IMG/VR virus record: IMGVR_UViG_3300028602_000007
Coordinates: 1 to 64,000 of that record
Reading direction: 5' to 3' (one strand)
DNA from: a virus
Lineage: Duplodnaviria > Caudoviricetes
DNA length: 64,000 bases
Shown piece by piece: positions 36,601 to 46,533 of the stretch (the first letter of the stretch is position 1; each line of letters opens with the position of its first letter). Under the pieces are notes generated by a model. The model did no database searches. It saw only the letters and a list, made by a program, of their open reading frames with translations, and was not told the DNA's origin. Position numbers and translations under genes: made by a program.

Positions 36601-38520
36601 ATGGCAGGATTATCACATCTAAAAGATATATTAGAAAAAAAGGGAGTTGACTTCATTAATAATTTACTTAATAATCAAGTTATTATTAATGAAAAAATGG
36701 ATGGTGCTTTTTTTGGAATAAAAAAAGATACAACTACTAATAAAATTCGATTTTTTAAAAGAAATTCTGAATTTACTTATGTGGATCGAGTATTAAGTAA
36801 ATTTTTTGAAAAAGCAGTATCTTATTTTGAAAAAAATAATGATAGATTTTTAAAAGAAATTCCACCAAATTATTTTTTTGGAATGGAATATTTTTCAAAT
36901 AAAAAATCTCAAAGTATTGCATATGATAAGATTCCGAAAAATAATTTAATTTTAAGTTACATTAATATATTAGATGAAACGGGAAACATCGTAAGAACAA
37001 TACAAACAAAGGAAGAACTTAATGAATGGGCAGATATTTTAGGAATAGAACGGCCTCCTATTATATTTCAAGGAAAACTATCAGATGAACAAAAAAAGAA
37101 AATTAATGAATTTATTCATACTCCATTTAATGAATTATTAGAAACTTTTAAAACAACATCATTTACTCGTTATATAATTTCAATATTAAATCCAAATTTA
37201 GAAAAAACATTTTTAAATGATTCATTAGATAAAGATATTGAAGGCGTAGTTTTTAGGTTTTATTCAAAAGATACAAAAGAAGATCCAGTTTTTGTAGCAA
37301 AACTAATAGATCCAACATTTCAAGAATTTGCAAAAAAAAGAGCAACTAATCAAAACACAAATAAAAGTGATGATTATGTTTGGATAATTGTTATTGATTT
37401 AATGAATTTTATAGAACTGTATTCATTAAGTGAATTAAGAAATATTAAATTAAATGGAAACACTTATGAAGAACGATATATTTCATTAGTAAATGAATTG
37501 TATTTAAAATTCATAAAAGAATTTGGCCAAAAGTATAGGGACTTAGATATTCAAGTTCCAGATTTTTTACAAAAAGAAGAGTTTAGCGTAAATCTAAAAT
37601 TATTAAAAGATAAAAATGTTGAATCAATGATTGAATCTAACTCTAATTTTAAAGAAATCTATAGAATTTTCTTAAATATGTTTAGAAAAAAGAAAATTCG
37701 AGTAAATTCATCATTCTTTACAAAAGAAATGAAAGTTAATTTGAATGATCAAATTAGTAAAATTAGTAAAATTATTATGGGAGATTCAGTATATGAAAGT
37801 TATTTTCCAACATTTAATGAATTTGTTGGAGAAGATCGAGATCCTGGATATTTCGAAACCTTTAAAGAACTTGAAAATCGAAAAACTAAACCAGTTAATT
37901 TAATAATTTCAGACTTTCAACCAATACACATTGGACATATTAAGTCAGCTGAAAGTTTATTTGATGAGAATGGTTTACCGTGTTTATTAGTATTAGTTCA
38001 TAATGGACGAATTACTAAAATGAAACCTTTTAAAAAGGAAACAATTGTAAATGGTTTACAAAAATTACAAAGTACTCACCCAAGTTTTATAACTGGATAC
38101 GTTGCAGTTCCTAATGGAGAAGTTGAATCATTATTAAAAACAATAAAACCAGACTATGAACCTAATATTATTGCTGCAACTAAGAGTAGAATTAGAGATA
38201 TTGCTTTACAATTAGAATTAGCAAAAAAGCGTAGTAGAAATTTAAATTTCAAAAATAATGTTAGATTAATGGAAATGCCGCAAGCTGCTATAAAAGACAT
38301 CATTATGGACACTATTAGAAATAATGATTATCGTACTTTTAAATCAGCGGCTCCATCAGAAATTCATTCAGATTTCATAAACATGACAAATGATGTAATG
38401 GAACAAATGAATTCTAATATTCAAATAAATGAGGGAAAGAAACTTAATGAACAGATTGATTCTAACATAAAAAAAGATGATATTCAATTAGCAAAATTCG
38501 ATTTAGATAAACTAAAATAA
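36601..38520 (+). CDS. ATP-dependent (RNA) ligase-like domain fused to HIGH nucleotidyltransferase-like domain
   Basis: Ligase motifs I EKMDG, III GMEY, IV EGVVF, V AKL; C-terminal FQPIHIGH. Confidence 0.7.
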   Translation: MAGLSHLKDILEKKGVDFINNLLNNQVIINEKMDGAFFGIKKDTTTNKIRFFKRNSEFTYVDRVLSKFFEKAVSYFEKNNDRFLKEIPPNYFFGMEYFSNKKSQSIAYDKIPKNNLILSYINILDETGNIVRTIQTKEELNEWADILGIERPPIIFQGKLSDEQKKKINEFIHTPFNELLETFKTTSFTRYIISILNPNLEKTFLNDSLDKDIEGVVFRFYSKDTKEDPVFVAKLIDPTFQEFAKKRATNQNTNKSDDYVWIIVIDLMNFIELYSLSELRNIKLNGNTYEERYISLVNELYLKFIKEFGQKYRDLDIQVPDFLQKEEFSVNLKLLKDKNVESMIESNSNFKEIYRIFLNMFRKKKIRVNSSFFTKEMKVNLNDQISKISKIIMGDSVYESYFPTFNEFVGEDRDPGYFETFKELENRKTKPVNLIISDFQPIHIGHIKSAESLFDENGLPCLLVLVHNGRITKMKPFKKETIVNGLQKLQSTHPSFITGYVAVPNGEVESLLKTIKPDYEPNIIAATKSRIRDIALQLELAKKRSRNLNFKNNVRLMEMPQAAIKDIIMDTIRNNDYRTFKSAAPSEIHSDFINMTNDVMEQMNSNIQINEGKKLNEQIDSNIKKDDIQLAKFDLDKLK

Positions 38521-38552
38521 AAAAAAACCTCAATTAAATTGAGGTTTTTTTA
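38519..38552. terminator. bidirectional terminator
   Basis: AAAAAAACCTCAATT-A-AATTGAGGTTTTTTT. Confidence 0.85.
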
Positions 38553-38557
38553 TAAAT

Positions 38558-38773
38558 TTAAACAGTTTTAAGAAATCGCTTAATTTCAGCTTGAAGTTTA
38601 ATCCGGTCGTCAATGTTGGTTGGAACATTTCCTAGTCTCATTTTTCGAGAAAGAATTTTCCAATTTTCAGAATTCATAAACAACGATCGCATACCAGCTT
38701 TCCAACTAAGTTTAGCTTGTTTAATTTTTTGATATTCTTCAAAATTACTTCTAATACTTTTAATAGCTTCCAT
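38558..38773 (-). CDS. hypothetical protein
   Basis: 71-aa ORF ending at the terminator. Confidence 0.55.
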   Translation of the reverse strand: MEAIKSIRSNFEEYQKIKQAKLSWKAGMRSLFMNSENWKILSRKMRLGNVPTNIDDRIKLQAEIKRFLKTV

Positions 38774-38820
38774 AATTATTTTTATTTTAATTTGATTTTG
38801 TACTAAAGTACTAAATAATT

Positions 38821-40386
38821 TTAAAATAAGGTTGTAAATTCACCATTTATAAAATTAATATGTTGAGTTTTACCGTCTTCATGAATTATTACGTGCGATT
38901 GTAACCAACTACTTGGACCAATATTATAATTAACCCTAAGCTTAGTTGACGTTCCTACAGCTAATGCACCGTCCTTTCTACCTGGAGAATGATAGTGTCC
39001 TGTTATAATTTTTGTATTTAAATTACGATATTGATTTAGTGAACCATATGATCCATTTTGACCAATATCGCCATGCTGAGCAACTTCCCAATCTTTAATT
39101 AAATAACTTTCACTTCGATTTAAAGTAATAAAATTTGGAAATCTTTCATTAATTAAATATGGAATAACTCCATTTTTAGCTTTTCCGCTTAAAATTAATG
39201 TTGAATATTCCATATATTCTAATGCATTTTTAATAGTTGCACCTTTTCGCCAGTCAGTAGTTTGTAACCACTTATCTAAAAAGTCATCATGGTTTCCACG
39301 AACAATTATTGTATTATAATCAGCACTATCAAAATCTTCTAATCCTTCTAACATACATTCAACATCATCCTTTAAACTATTAGAACCTGATAATTCGCGT
39401 TCATATTGAATAAACGGATTATTCATATCATGATGATTTATTGATAATCCATCAAACACATCATGTAATACTACATTTTTAGGTTTTATTACCTCAAACA
39501 GTTTTAATGTTTTATGAATAACCGTTGGATCGTGTTGACCAAAATGAATATCTCCAAGAACAATACCTGCAATCGAATTAAGTTTAATTATCTTACTTTC
39601 TCCGTTTATATATTCAAGTCTAGTATTTAAATCACTAAAGCTCCCATCATTAGTTGCAGTTACTTGTCTTACAAAAAAAGTTGATTTATCTTTAATTTCA
39701 ACAATAACAAATCCTAAAGTATGATGAAACTCTCCTTTTTTGCCGGCTTTCGAATCTGTATAATTACTTAATGTACAGGCACCAGTTGTAACCATTACCT
39801 TTGGCAAAACTCCCTCTAATACTGGAATTGTTTCCATTTGAACTTTTGGCGATCCAAAAACACACGAATCTACACCAGATAAAGCCATCATTCCAGACAT
39901 TGGATTAATTGCAGTAGGCTGAATTTTAATATCAGACATAATCCAAATATGTTTATGTGGATTATGTCTATTTGCATCTAAGTATTTTTCAATACGATTA
40001 TCCCAAGTATTATAATCATTATCTGTAAATACCGAAGTTGGATTTTTATAACGACCAGCAATTACATGGATATCTGCATTAATATGTTCAGCATATTTTT
40101 CTAAATTAGAAACAAATTTTTCATGTATAGGCGTATCATTTTGGGCCCAAGTAATTAAAAATCTTTTCTTTTTACTAAGTTTACGTTCTTTAGCTTTAAT
40201 AAATTGCGGAGACTCAATTGTTGCTTTTTCACTGATTCCTAATTTAGATATCCATCTCCTAACAGTACGTTCTGATTTATCTAAATACATGCTAAGTCTT
40301 TCCATTCGTTCATCCCAACTAAGATCTAATCTATAAATTGAAATAATCTCTGAAATGTTGGTAGGTGTTAAATCTTCAAAATTCAT
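38821..40386 (-). CDS. calcineurin-like metallophosphoesterase with N-terminal HTH
   Basis: GDIH, HDVFDG, GNHD, QHGD, GHYH; SERTVRRW HTH. Confidence 0.8.
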   Translation of the reverse strand: MNFEDLTPTNISEIISIYRLDLSWDERMERLSMYLDKSERTVRRWISKLGISEKATIESPQFIKAKERKLSKKKRFLITWAQNDTPIHEKFVSNLEKYAEHINADIHVIAGRYKNPTSVFTDNDYNTWDNRIEKYLDANRHNPHKHIWIMSDIKIQPTAINPMSGMMALSGVDSCVFGSPKVQMETIPVLEGVLPKVMVTTGACTLSNYTDSKAGKKGEFHHTLGFVIVEIKDKSTFFVRQVTATNDGSFSDLNTRLEYINGESKIIKLNSIAGIVLGDIHFGQHDPTVIHKTLKLFEVIKPKNVVLHDVFDGLSINHHDMNNPFIQYERELSGSNSLKDDVECMLEGLEDFDSADYNTIIVRGNHDDFLDKWLQTTDWRKGATIKNALEYMEYSTLILSGKAKNGVIPYLINERFPNFITLNRSESYLIKDWEVAQHGDIGQNGSYGSLNQYRNLNTKIITGHYHSPGRKDGALAVGTSTKLRVNYNIGPSSWLQSHVIIHEDGKTQHINFINGEFTTLF

Positions 40387-40489
40387 ATATCTTTATTTAA
40401 CATTTTAATTATCTATATTTTATATACAATACTAATAAAGTTTTTATTATGTATGTTATTAATAGAAGACTTGAATAAATAATAAAGAT

Positions 40490-40675
40490 ATGGAAAAAAC
40501 TCATAAAAATGCAAAAAACTATAGAGAAGGCAAAGAACCTTTGTCAAATGCAGTACTTCAACACCCAGACGGAAGCCCAGTTTATGATTACATAAAAGGA
40601 AAAATTGAAAGAAATTTCTGGGTTATTCCATTTAAAAAATGGAATAACAATCAAAAAATTACACATAAACAATGA
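40490..40675 (+). CDS. hypothetical protein
   Basis: Follows ATAAATA, coupled to the next gene. Confidence 0.55.
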   Translation: MEKTHKNAKNYREGKEPLSNAVLQHPDGSPVYDYIKGKIERNFWVIPFKKWNNNQKITHKQ

Positions 40676-41196
40676 AAAAAATAGAAAAAATTGATATTGG
40701 AGATCTTCCTATTTTTAATGTAATTGATACGAACTTAACTGAGCCCGAACAAACAGTTGAAATTGATATAGAAAAACAAATTAATCAAAATGATTTAAGT
40801 GAACCTCCAAAAAATAATGATTTAAATATATCAGTTTTTATATTAGCATTATTACGCATTGCTGATCAAGCGAAAGTTATTCACTTTCAAGCAGACACTA
40901 AGCATGAACATATTGAATTTGGAAATTTTTATGATGAATTCATTATAATAATGGACGACTTAGTTGAAAGTATTTTAGGAAAATATGGGTTAAACGAATT
41001 TAAATTCGGATCAGCAAATTTAGAGTTAACTGATAGAGACCTTGCGATTTCTAACTTTTTTACTGATATTGATTATATGCTAAGAGAAGTTCCTAATCAA
41101 ATTTTTGATAAAGAAATTGATAATGAAATTTTTGCAAAGATAGATGAATTATTAATGCTAAAAAATAAAACGCAATATTTATTGCTATTTAAGTAA
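40672..41196 (+). CDS. ferritin/Dps-like four-helix protein (DUF5856-like)
   Basis: HFQ....EH..FG.FYD......D.LVE..LGKYG...NKTQYLL. Confidence 0.7.
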   Translation: MKKIEKIDIGDLPIFNVIDTNLTEPEQTVEIDIEKQINQNDLSEPPKNNDLNISVFILALLRIADQAKVIHFQADTKHEHIEFGNFYDEFIIIMDDLVESILGKYGLNEFKFGSANLELTDRDLAISNFFTDIDYMLREVPNQIFDKEIDNEIFAKIDELLMLKNKTQYLLLFK

Positions 41197-41197
41197 T

Positions 41198-42811
41198 ATG
41201 TTTAATGTAAAACGGATAAATCAATTAGAAAAAATTCTACTAGAATCGAATTTAATAAAAACAAATCAACAATTTGTTGCGATAAATCAAGATTATCAAA
41301 AAGCAAATAATGATAATGATAAATCAAATATATATCAAAGATTAGATTATTTAATTGATATGATGATTGATCAACAAATTATTAATTTTGAAAAAGATCT
41401 TGAACAACCAATTGGTGAACGTGAATTTGGCTCTGATTATGGAACTAAATTAATTATCGAATATTTAAAATATTGTAAAACTAGATTAATTAAACTAAGT
41501 GAATTAATTAATGTTGAACTTAAAAAAAGTAGCATTAATACTGAAAAATTAAAAAGTTTATCAATTGATAGAATTAAAATAGCTGCTAGAATCGAAGCAT
41601 TAGATCAAATATATACAGCATTTAAAAAAATTAATGATCAAGATTTACATGAACGAGCAGAATCAGTCTTATCTGAAATTATACGAATCAAATCTGAAAT
41701 GACGAATGCATATGCTAAATCAATTGAAGAGATTGGACTTGCGATTAAAGAACCATTAATTTTAATAAAAAAACAAGATAAACAAAAAGAACAAAAAAAA
41801 GAGTATGCAGGTTCAATATTAACTAAATTAAATGGATTAGATACAATTATTCAATTTTATCCAGCTGATGATAAAAAACAAGCTGAGCAAGCTGAGAATA
41901 CAATAGAAGGAACTATTATAAATGAAATTGGAAATGAAGATTTTGAGAAAATAAAAAAAGAAATTTTAAATAGTGAAGAAGAACTTGTAATATTAAGAAG
42001 AATTTTAAGATTAAAGTACATGCATTTTGGAAGTGAAGAAGATCTATTTAAAGAAGTAGATCAAATAAAAGTTTCGATAAATGGACTTGAAGGAACTCGA
42101 AATAGAATGCCAATTTCTAAACCTGCAGCAATCACGTATTTGCGAAAAGTATTACAAGATGAAGTTTCTAAAATTTTAGCTAATATGAGAGCTAAAAACA
42201 TAACAACTAAAGAAACTAAAGGAATTCATTATGATTTTAATATTAAATTACCATTATATACAAAAGTTGCATTGTCAGTTAATGGAAAACAAATTGCAGA
42301 TAATTCAAAAATTATGAAATTTAGAAAAAGGTTTCAATCTATAATGGATTTAATACCGGCTGGATCAATCGAAACTACTCCAGCTGGAGAAGCTTGGGCA
42401 AATTTTGGACAACAAACACATTTAGCATACGCAAAAGTATTGAATAAAGCAGGTAGAGTTATAGGAAAAATGGTTGGTGGAAGAGAAGGGGAAATGAAAG
42501 GAGATGCTATAACTAGATTACTTATACCTAGTACAGATGTACTAAATAATGATAAATTAAGATCAAATGAAACAATTAATGAAGAAGGAAGTCCTGTAGC
42601 CGGTGGATCTACTCCAGGGACAGCATATCAAGTTCCCAGTAGTATTGGATCGCAAGGGGCAATACAACCACCAACTGAAAATACAATTGGATCTGGAGAT
42701 AAATTTCAGCCAGGAATACCTAAGAAAAAAACTAAAAAGAAAAAGAAAAAGAAAAAGACAGTATATGAAAAAAGGTTAACTGTTATGAATTTTTCAACAT
42801 TTTCAAAATAA
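41198..42811 (+). CDS. hypothetical protein with poly-Lys tail
   Basis: 537 aa helical, KKKTKKKKKKKK near the C-terminus. Confidence 0.7.
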   Translation: MFNVKRINQLEKILLESNLIKTNQQFVAINQDYQKANNDNDKSNIYQRLDYLIDMMIDQQIINFEKDLEQPIGEREFGSDYGTKLIIEYLKYCKTRLIKLSELINVELKKSSINTEKLKSLSIDRIKIAARIEALDQIYTAFKKINDQDLHERAESVLSEIIRIKSEMTNAYAKSIEEIGLAIKEPLILIKKQDKQKEQKKEYAGSILTKLNGLDTIIQFYPADDKKQAEQAENTIEGTIINEIGNEDFEKIKKEILNSEEELVILRRILRLKYMHFGSEEDLFKEVDQIKVSINGLEGTRNRMPISKPAAITYLRKVLQDEVSKILANMRAKNITTKETKGIHYDFNIKLPLYTKVALSVNGKQIADNSKIMKFRKRFQSIMDLIPAGSIETTPAGEAWANFGQQTHLAYAKVLNKAGRVIGKMVGGREGEMKGDAITRLLIPSTDVLNNDKLRSNETINEEGSPVAGGSTPGTAYQVPSSIGSQGAIQPPTENTIGSGDKFQPGIPKKKTKKKKKKKKTVYEKRLTVMNFSTFSK

Positions 42812-42820
42812 TTACAAATA

Positions 42821-43534
42821 ATGAATTTTAAAATACAAGATCGAGTTATTATAAAAAGTAAAGACCAAGAAGAAGAAAATATGAAAATATTTCAAAAATT
42901 ACAAGGTATTCCCGGTATAATAACTGATATTTATTATAATGATTATGCGCCAGAAACGCAAAGATATGAAGTTACAATAAAAAAACCAATAATAACAGAA
43001 GACGGAATTGAGCTCACAGTAATTGATGGGTTATATAATGAAAATTTATTAATGGCAAATAATCCAGATAAAATATCTGAAAATAATCATGCAATTACTT
43101 CATTTTTGGTATATGAATCTATAGAAAACGGTTCATGGTATTATGGATTAGTTGATTGTCATGGAATTATTTCATTTATTAAAGAGCCTGATGAATCAGA
43201 TGAATGGAGCGATGTTGATCAATTATTCGATATAGGGCTAATTGATATAGATTCTAGCGATTCTCCTGAAAAAAAAGAATATAATAAAAAGGTTAATATG
43301 ATGAGCATGACAGCTCGAGCAAATCAACAACGATATACTCTTGTATATCGAGCAAAAGTTTCACCAGAAACAGCTACCGATATTAGTTTATTATTAAAAA
43401 AAGGAAACGAGGAAGAAGCATTAAATATATTAAAAAATGAAGCAATCGAAGTTCAGCTTGCAAAAAATGGTGGAATTAATTTAGAAAAAGCATGGGATAA
43501 AATCCCAAATCCAATGCTCGATCCTATGTATTAA
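42821..43534 (+). CDS. hypothetical protein
   Basis: 237-aa ORF. Confidence 0.7.
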   Translation: MNFKIQDRVIIKSKDQEEENMKIFQKLQGIPGIITDIYYNDYAPETQRYEVTIKKPIITEDGIELTVIDGLYNENLLMANNPDKISENNHAITSFLVYESIENGSWYYGLVDCHGIISFIKEPDESDEWSDVDQLFDIGLIDIDSSDSPEKKEYNKKVNMMSMTARANQQRYTLVYRAKVSPETATDISLLLKKGNEEEALNILKNEAIEVQLAKNGGINLEKAWDKIPNPMLDPMY

Positions 43535-43590
43535 ATAAATATTTTCAATATTGTAAATTGCCTAATAAATAATTAAAAGTAATTTATAAT

Positions 43591-45732
43591 ATGACAGGTG
43601 GATTTTCTATTTTTGACCAGCTTAGTGGATTTACCTATAATACAGTTGGTCCATTCGCTAATTTTCCAATTATTAATACTAGCCCTAAGTCAACACTATT
43701 AAAAGTAGAAGAAGCTTTTTCTGGAGTAAATTACTTAGAAGCTTTAACTAAAACAAGTAAAGCTGGATTAGTTGATAATTTAAGCAATTTAAATAATTAT
43801 AAAAATTCAGGAGGCTCATTACAGTCATCTGACGCCGATTCTATCTTTAATAAGTTTTCAATATTTAAATATTCAAAATTTATTAATGGTGCAGTATATC
43901 AGCCGCAAGCTCATTTTATTGGATATGGATTAGGAACAAAAAATGATCCAAACAATGATGCAAACCCGCTTATTAATCTAGCAACAACTACTAATAATAT
44001 ATTATCAGCAAATAATGAAATTGCTAGACAAAAACGAATAAACAGTTTAGTAACAGATAATGAGCTTGCTTCAATAATGGCAAATGCAATTGAAAAAAAT
44101 GAATTAATTACACAATCTGCGAATGAATATGCAATTAAAAATGCATCTAGTATTGCAAACCCAACTGCAAAAAATATAATAAAATGGGCAAGCACTCAAT
44201 CAATGCATAGTACAACTGGATTTCAGCCATATGCAATGACCGATTTTATGTTTTGTAAAAATTATGGAAAAATTCCAAATAATAGATTAATTACACTAAG
44301 GCGATATCCTTTTCCAATTGATGATGCGTTAAGAATACCAGGTAGAAAAAATCCAATTCCAATTGCGCAAGCAGTTACTTGGTTTGGCGGAGATACTAAA
44401 AATACATTATCTAAAATCGGAGTAATGAATTGGAATATGAAATGGAAAACACTAAAAGTTACAGAACAAGAAATTGAAGGTAATGAAGTAACAGTTACTG
44501 ATTTAGCGAATGTTTTTAAAAAAATACCAAAACTTGAAAAATTAGGAGATACGTTATTGAGTGTTTACGTTGGACTTAATGGAAATAATGCACAACTACA
44601 ACAGTTATCTGGAATTGAAAAACGCATGCAAGACTATATTAGAGCATTATATACTGACACTGGACCTTATTGGAATCGAGTATATGGACCAGTTAATGTA
44701 ATACATGAATCTACTCGTAGAGAAAGAGGAATGCAAGATGGATGGGACACACCATTTACTATTAATTTTCATTATTCATTTAGATCATTTAATGGTCTAA
44801 GTCCTAAAATTGTTGCTTTAGATTTAATATCGAACTTTCTAAATTTAACATATAATGATGCAGAATTTTTAGGACAATTATCTAGATATTTTCCAAGATT
44901 AGGAGTTAAGTTTGATCAAACAATGACGGAGTTAATAGGAGAAGTATTAACTAAATGGGGAACAAGTTTCAATAATGATTTTGCGTCAATCGCAGATCAA
45001 TTGAACCCTATATTAAATGCAATGAAAACTTCTGCATTAAAATCGTATGATGATTTAATTCAAACTGACGGAGCTGGCAATAATTTCTTTAAAACAGTCG
45101 AAACTGGAGCAGTTAATACTGCACAAGCCTTAACTTCTTCTTTACTGTCAGAAGTTATTCCTAAATGGATTTCAGCTAAATCTGCTTTGTCAGATCGACC
45201 AATTGGCGAATGGCATTTGGTCGTTGGAAATCCAATGAATCCTATAATGACAATGGGAGATTTAATCGTTAATCAATGTACCTTAGAATTTGACGAAGAA
45301 ATGGGGCCTGATGATTTTCCAACGGGGTGTACTTTTTCAGTAAAATTAAAACAAGGAAAGCCTAGAGACAAAGTAGCAATAGAACGTATTTTTAACTTAG
45401 GACAAGCTAAATTAACATATAATAAATTAAGAAATCCATCATCAGCCGATGATACTTTTGGTGAAACTAATAATGAAAAATGGAAAGAACTAGTTAATGG
45501 TAGTGTTAATGGAGAAAACGCACTCTCTGATGAAGAAAAAGAATATATAACACAAACGTTAGGAACAGGATCATTTGATCAATATAGAAATCGTATAAGA
45601 AAATCTTATGGATATACAGCTACGCCAGATACTAAAGTTTCTAATCAAGATGGAAGCTCTTCGAGTGAATTAGGTATGATGGATGATTCATTATTATGGT
45701 TATACTTTGATAGAGGAGAAGAAAAAACCTAA
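43591..45732 (+). CDS. putative baseplate/tail structural protein
   Basis: First gene of a late operon that ends in gp53-like and gp5-like genes. Confidence 0.5.
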   Translation: MTGGFSIFDQLSGFTYNTVGPFANFPIINTSPKSTLLKVEEAFSGVNYLEALTKTSKAGLVDNLSNLNNYKNSGGSLQSSDADSIFNKFSIFKYSKFINGAVYQPQAHFIGYGLGTKNDPNNDANPLINLATTTNNILSANNEIARQKRINSLVTDNELASIMANAIEKNELITQSANEYAIKNASSIANPTAKNIIKWASTQSMHSTTGFQPYAMTDFMFCKNYGKIPNNRLITLRRYPFPIDDALRIPGRKNPIPIAQAVTWFGGDTKNTLSKIGVMNWNMKWKTLKVTEQEIEGNEVTVTDLANVFKKIPKLEKLGDTLLSVYVGLNGNNAQLQQLSGIEKRMQDYIRALYTDTGPYWNRVYGPVNVIHESTRRERGMQDGWDTPFTINFHYSFRSFNGLSPKIVALDLISNFLNLTYNDAEFLGQLSRYFPRLGVKFDQTMTELIGEVLTKWGTSFNNDFASIADQLNPILNAMKTSALKSYDDLIQTDGAGNNFFKTVETGAVNTAQALTSSLLSEVIPKWISAKSALSDRPIGEWHLVVGNPMNPIMTMGDLIVNQCTLEFDEEMGPDDFPTGCTFSVKLKQGKPRDKVAIERIFNLGQAKLTYNKLRNPSSADDTFGETNNEKWKELVNGSVNGENALSDEEKEYITQTLGTGSFDQYRNRIRKSYGYTATPDTKVSNQDGSSSSELGMMDDSLLWLYFDRGEEKT

Positions 45733-45738
45733 TTAATT

Positions 45739-46533
45739 ATGTTATTTTTAAAAACATTAACAAATAAAAAAACATTTACTAAAGCAAATGGAGATCTTCT
45801 TGTTGATCTAATAAGAAGGTCGGTATCATTTTTAGGAATTCGTACAAATTCTGGTAAAACATATATAGTAACAGAAGAGACTGCAATGCGGCCTGATTTA
45901 GTATCTCAATATTTCTATCAAGATCAAAATTATTTAGATGTATTATTAAAATATAATGGATATTCTAATCCATTTGCATTAGACGTCGGTGATATATTAA
46001 AAATTCCTAATGTTAAAACACTTGAAAAATTTAGCAAAGAACAAGTAGATGAAGTAATTGGCAGTAATGGTTATACTGGAGGAACTGACACTTTTGGTAC
46101 AAGTGCAGGATCATTATCAAATAATATAATGAGTCGCAAAAAATCAACAAATATTGTTCTTTCTCCAAAAACAAAAAAAGACAAAGCTAGATTAAAATAT
46201 CTATTACAAAGAAGTAATATCGCAGATGCTAATTTGGCTAAGTTGAATGCATTAATTAATAGTGGATCAATTAATCCAGAAGATATAACTAGTCAAGTAT
46301 TAGCTGCACTGCAGGGTGGAAATTTTTCTGGGACAAAACCTTCAAATTCAGCATTTCAAGTTGGAAATACTGTACCTGTTCCTCCAAATATTGCATTAGA
46401 TAATGGAGTAAAAATAGAAAATGGAAGAATAATATTTGGAGCAGACGTAACTAATCTTAAAAAAGAAGATTGTACAGAACCAGTATCTAGAGCTAAACTA
46501 AAAGAAACTCTATTAAAAAATAAAATTGCATAA
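45739..46533 (+). CDS. baseplate wedge protein (gp53-like, LysM-like)
   Basis: RPDLVSQYFY...LLKYNG.SNPF.L..GDILKIP. Confidence 0.75.
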   Translation: MLFLKTLTNKKTFTKANGDLLVDLIRRSVSFLGIRTNSGKTYIVTEETAMRPDLVSQYFYQDQNYLDVLLKYNGYSNPFALDVGDILKIPNVKTLEKFSKEQVDEVIGSNGYTGGTDTFGTSAGSLSNNIMSRKKSTNIVLSPKTKKDKARLKYLLQRSNIADANLAKLNALINSGSINPEDITSQVLAALQGGNFSGTKPSNSAFQVGNTVPVPPNIALDNGVKIENGRIIFGADVTNLKKEDCTEPVSRAKLKETLLKNKIA

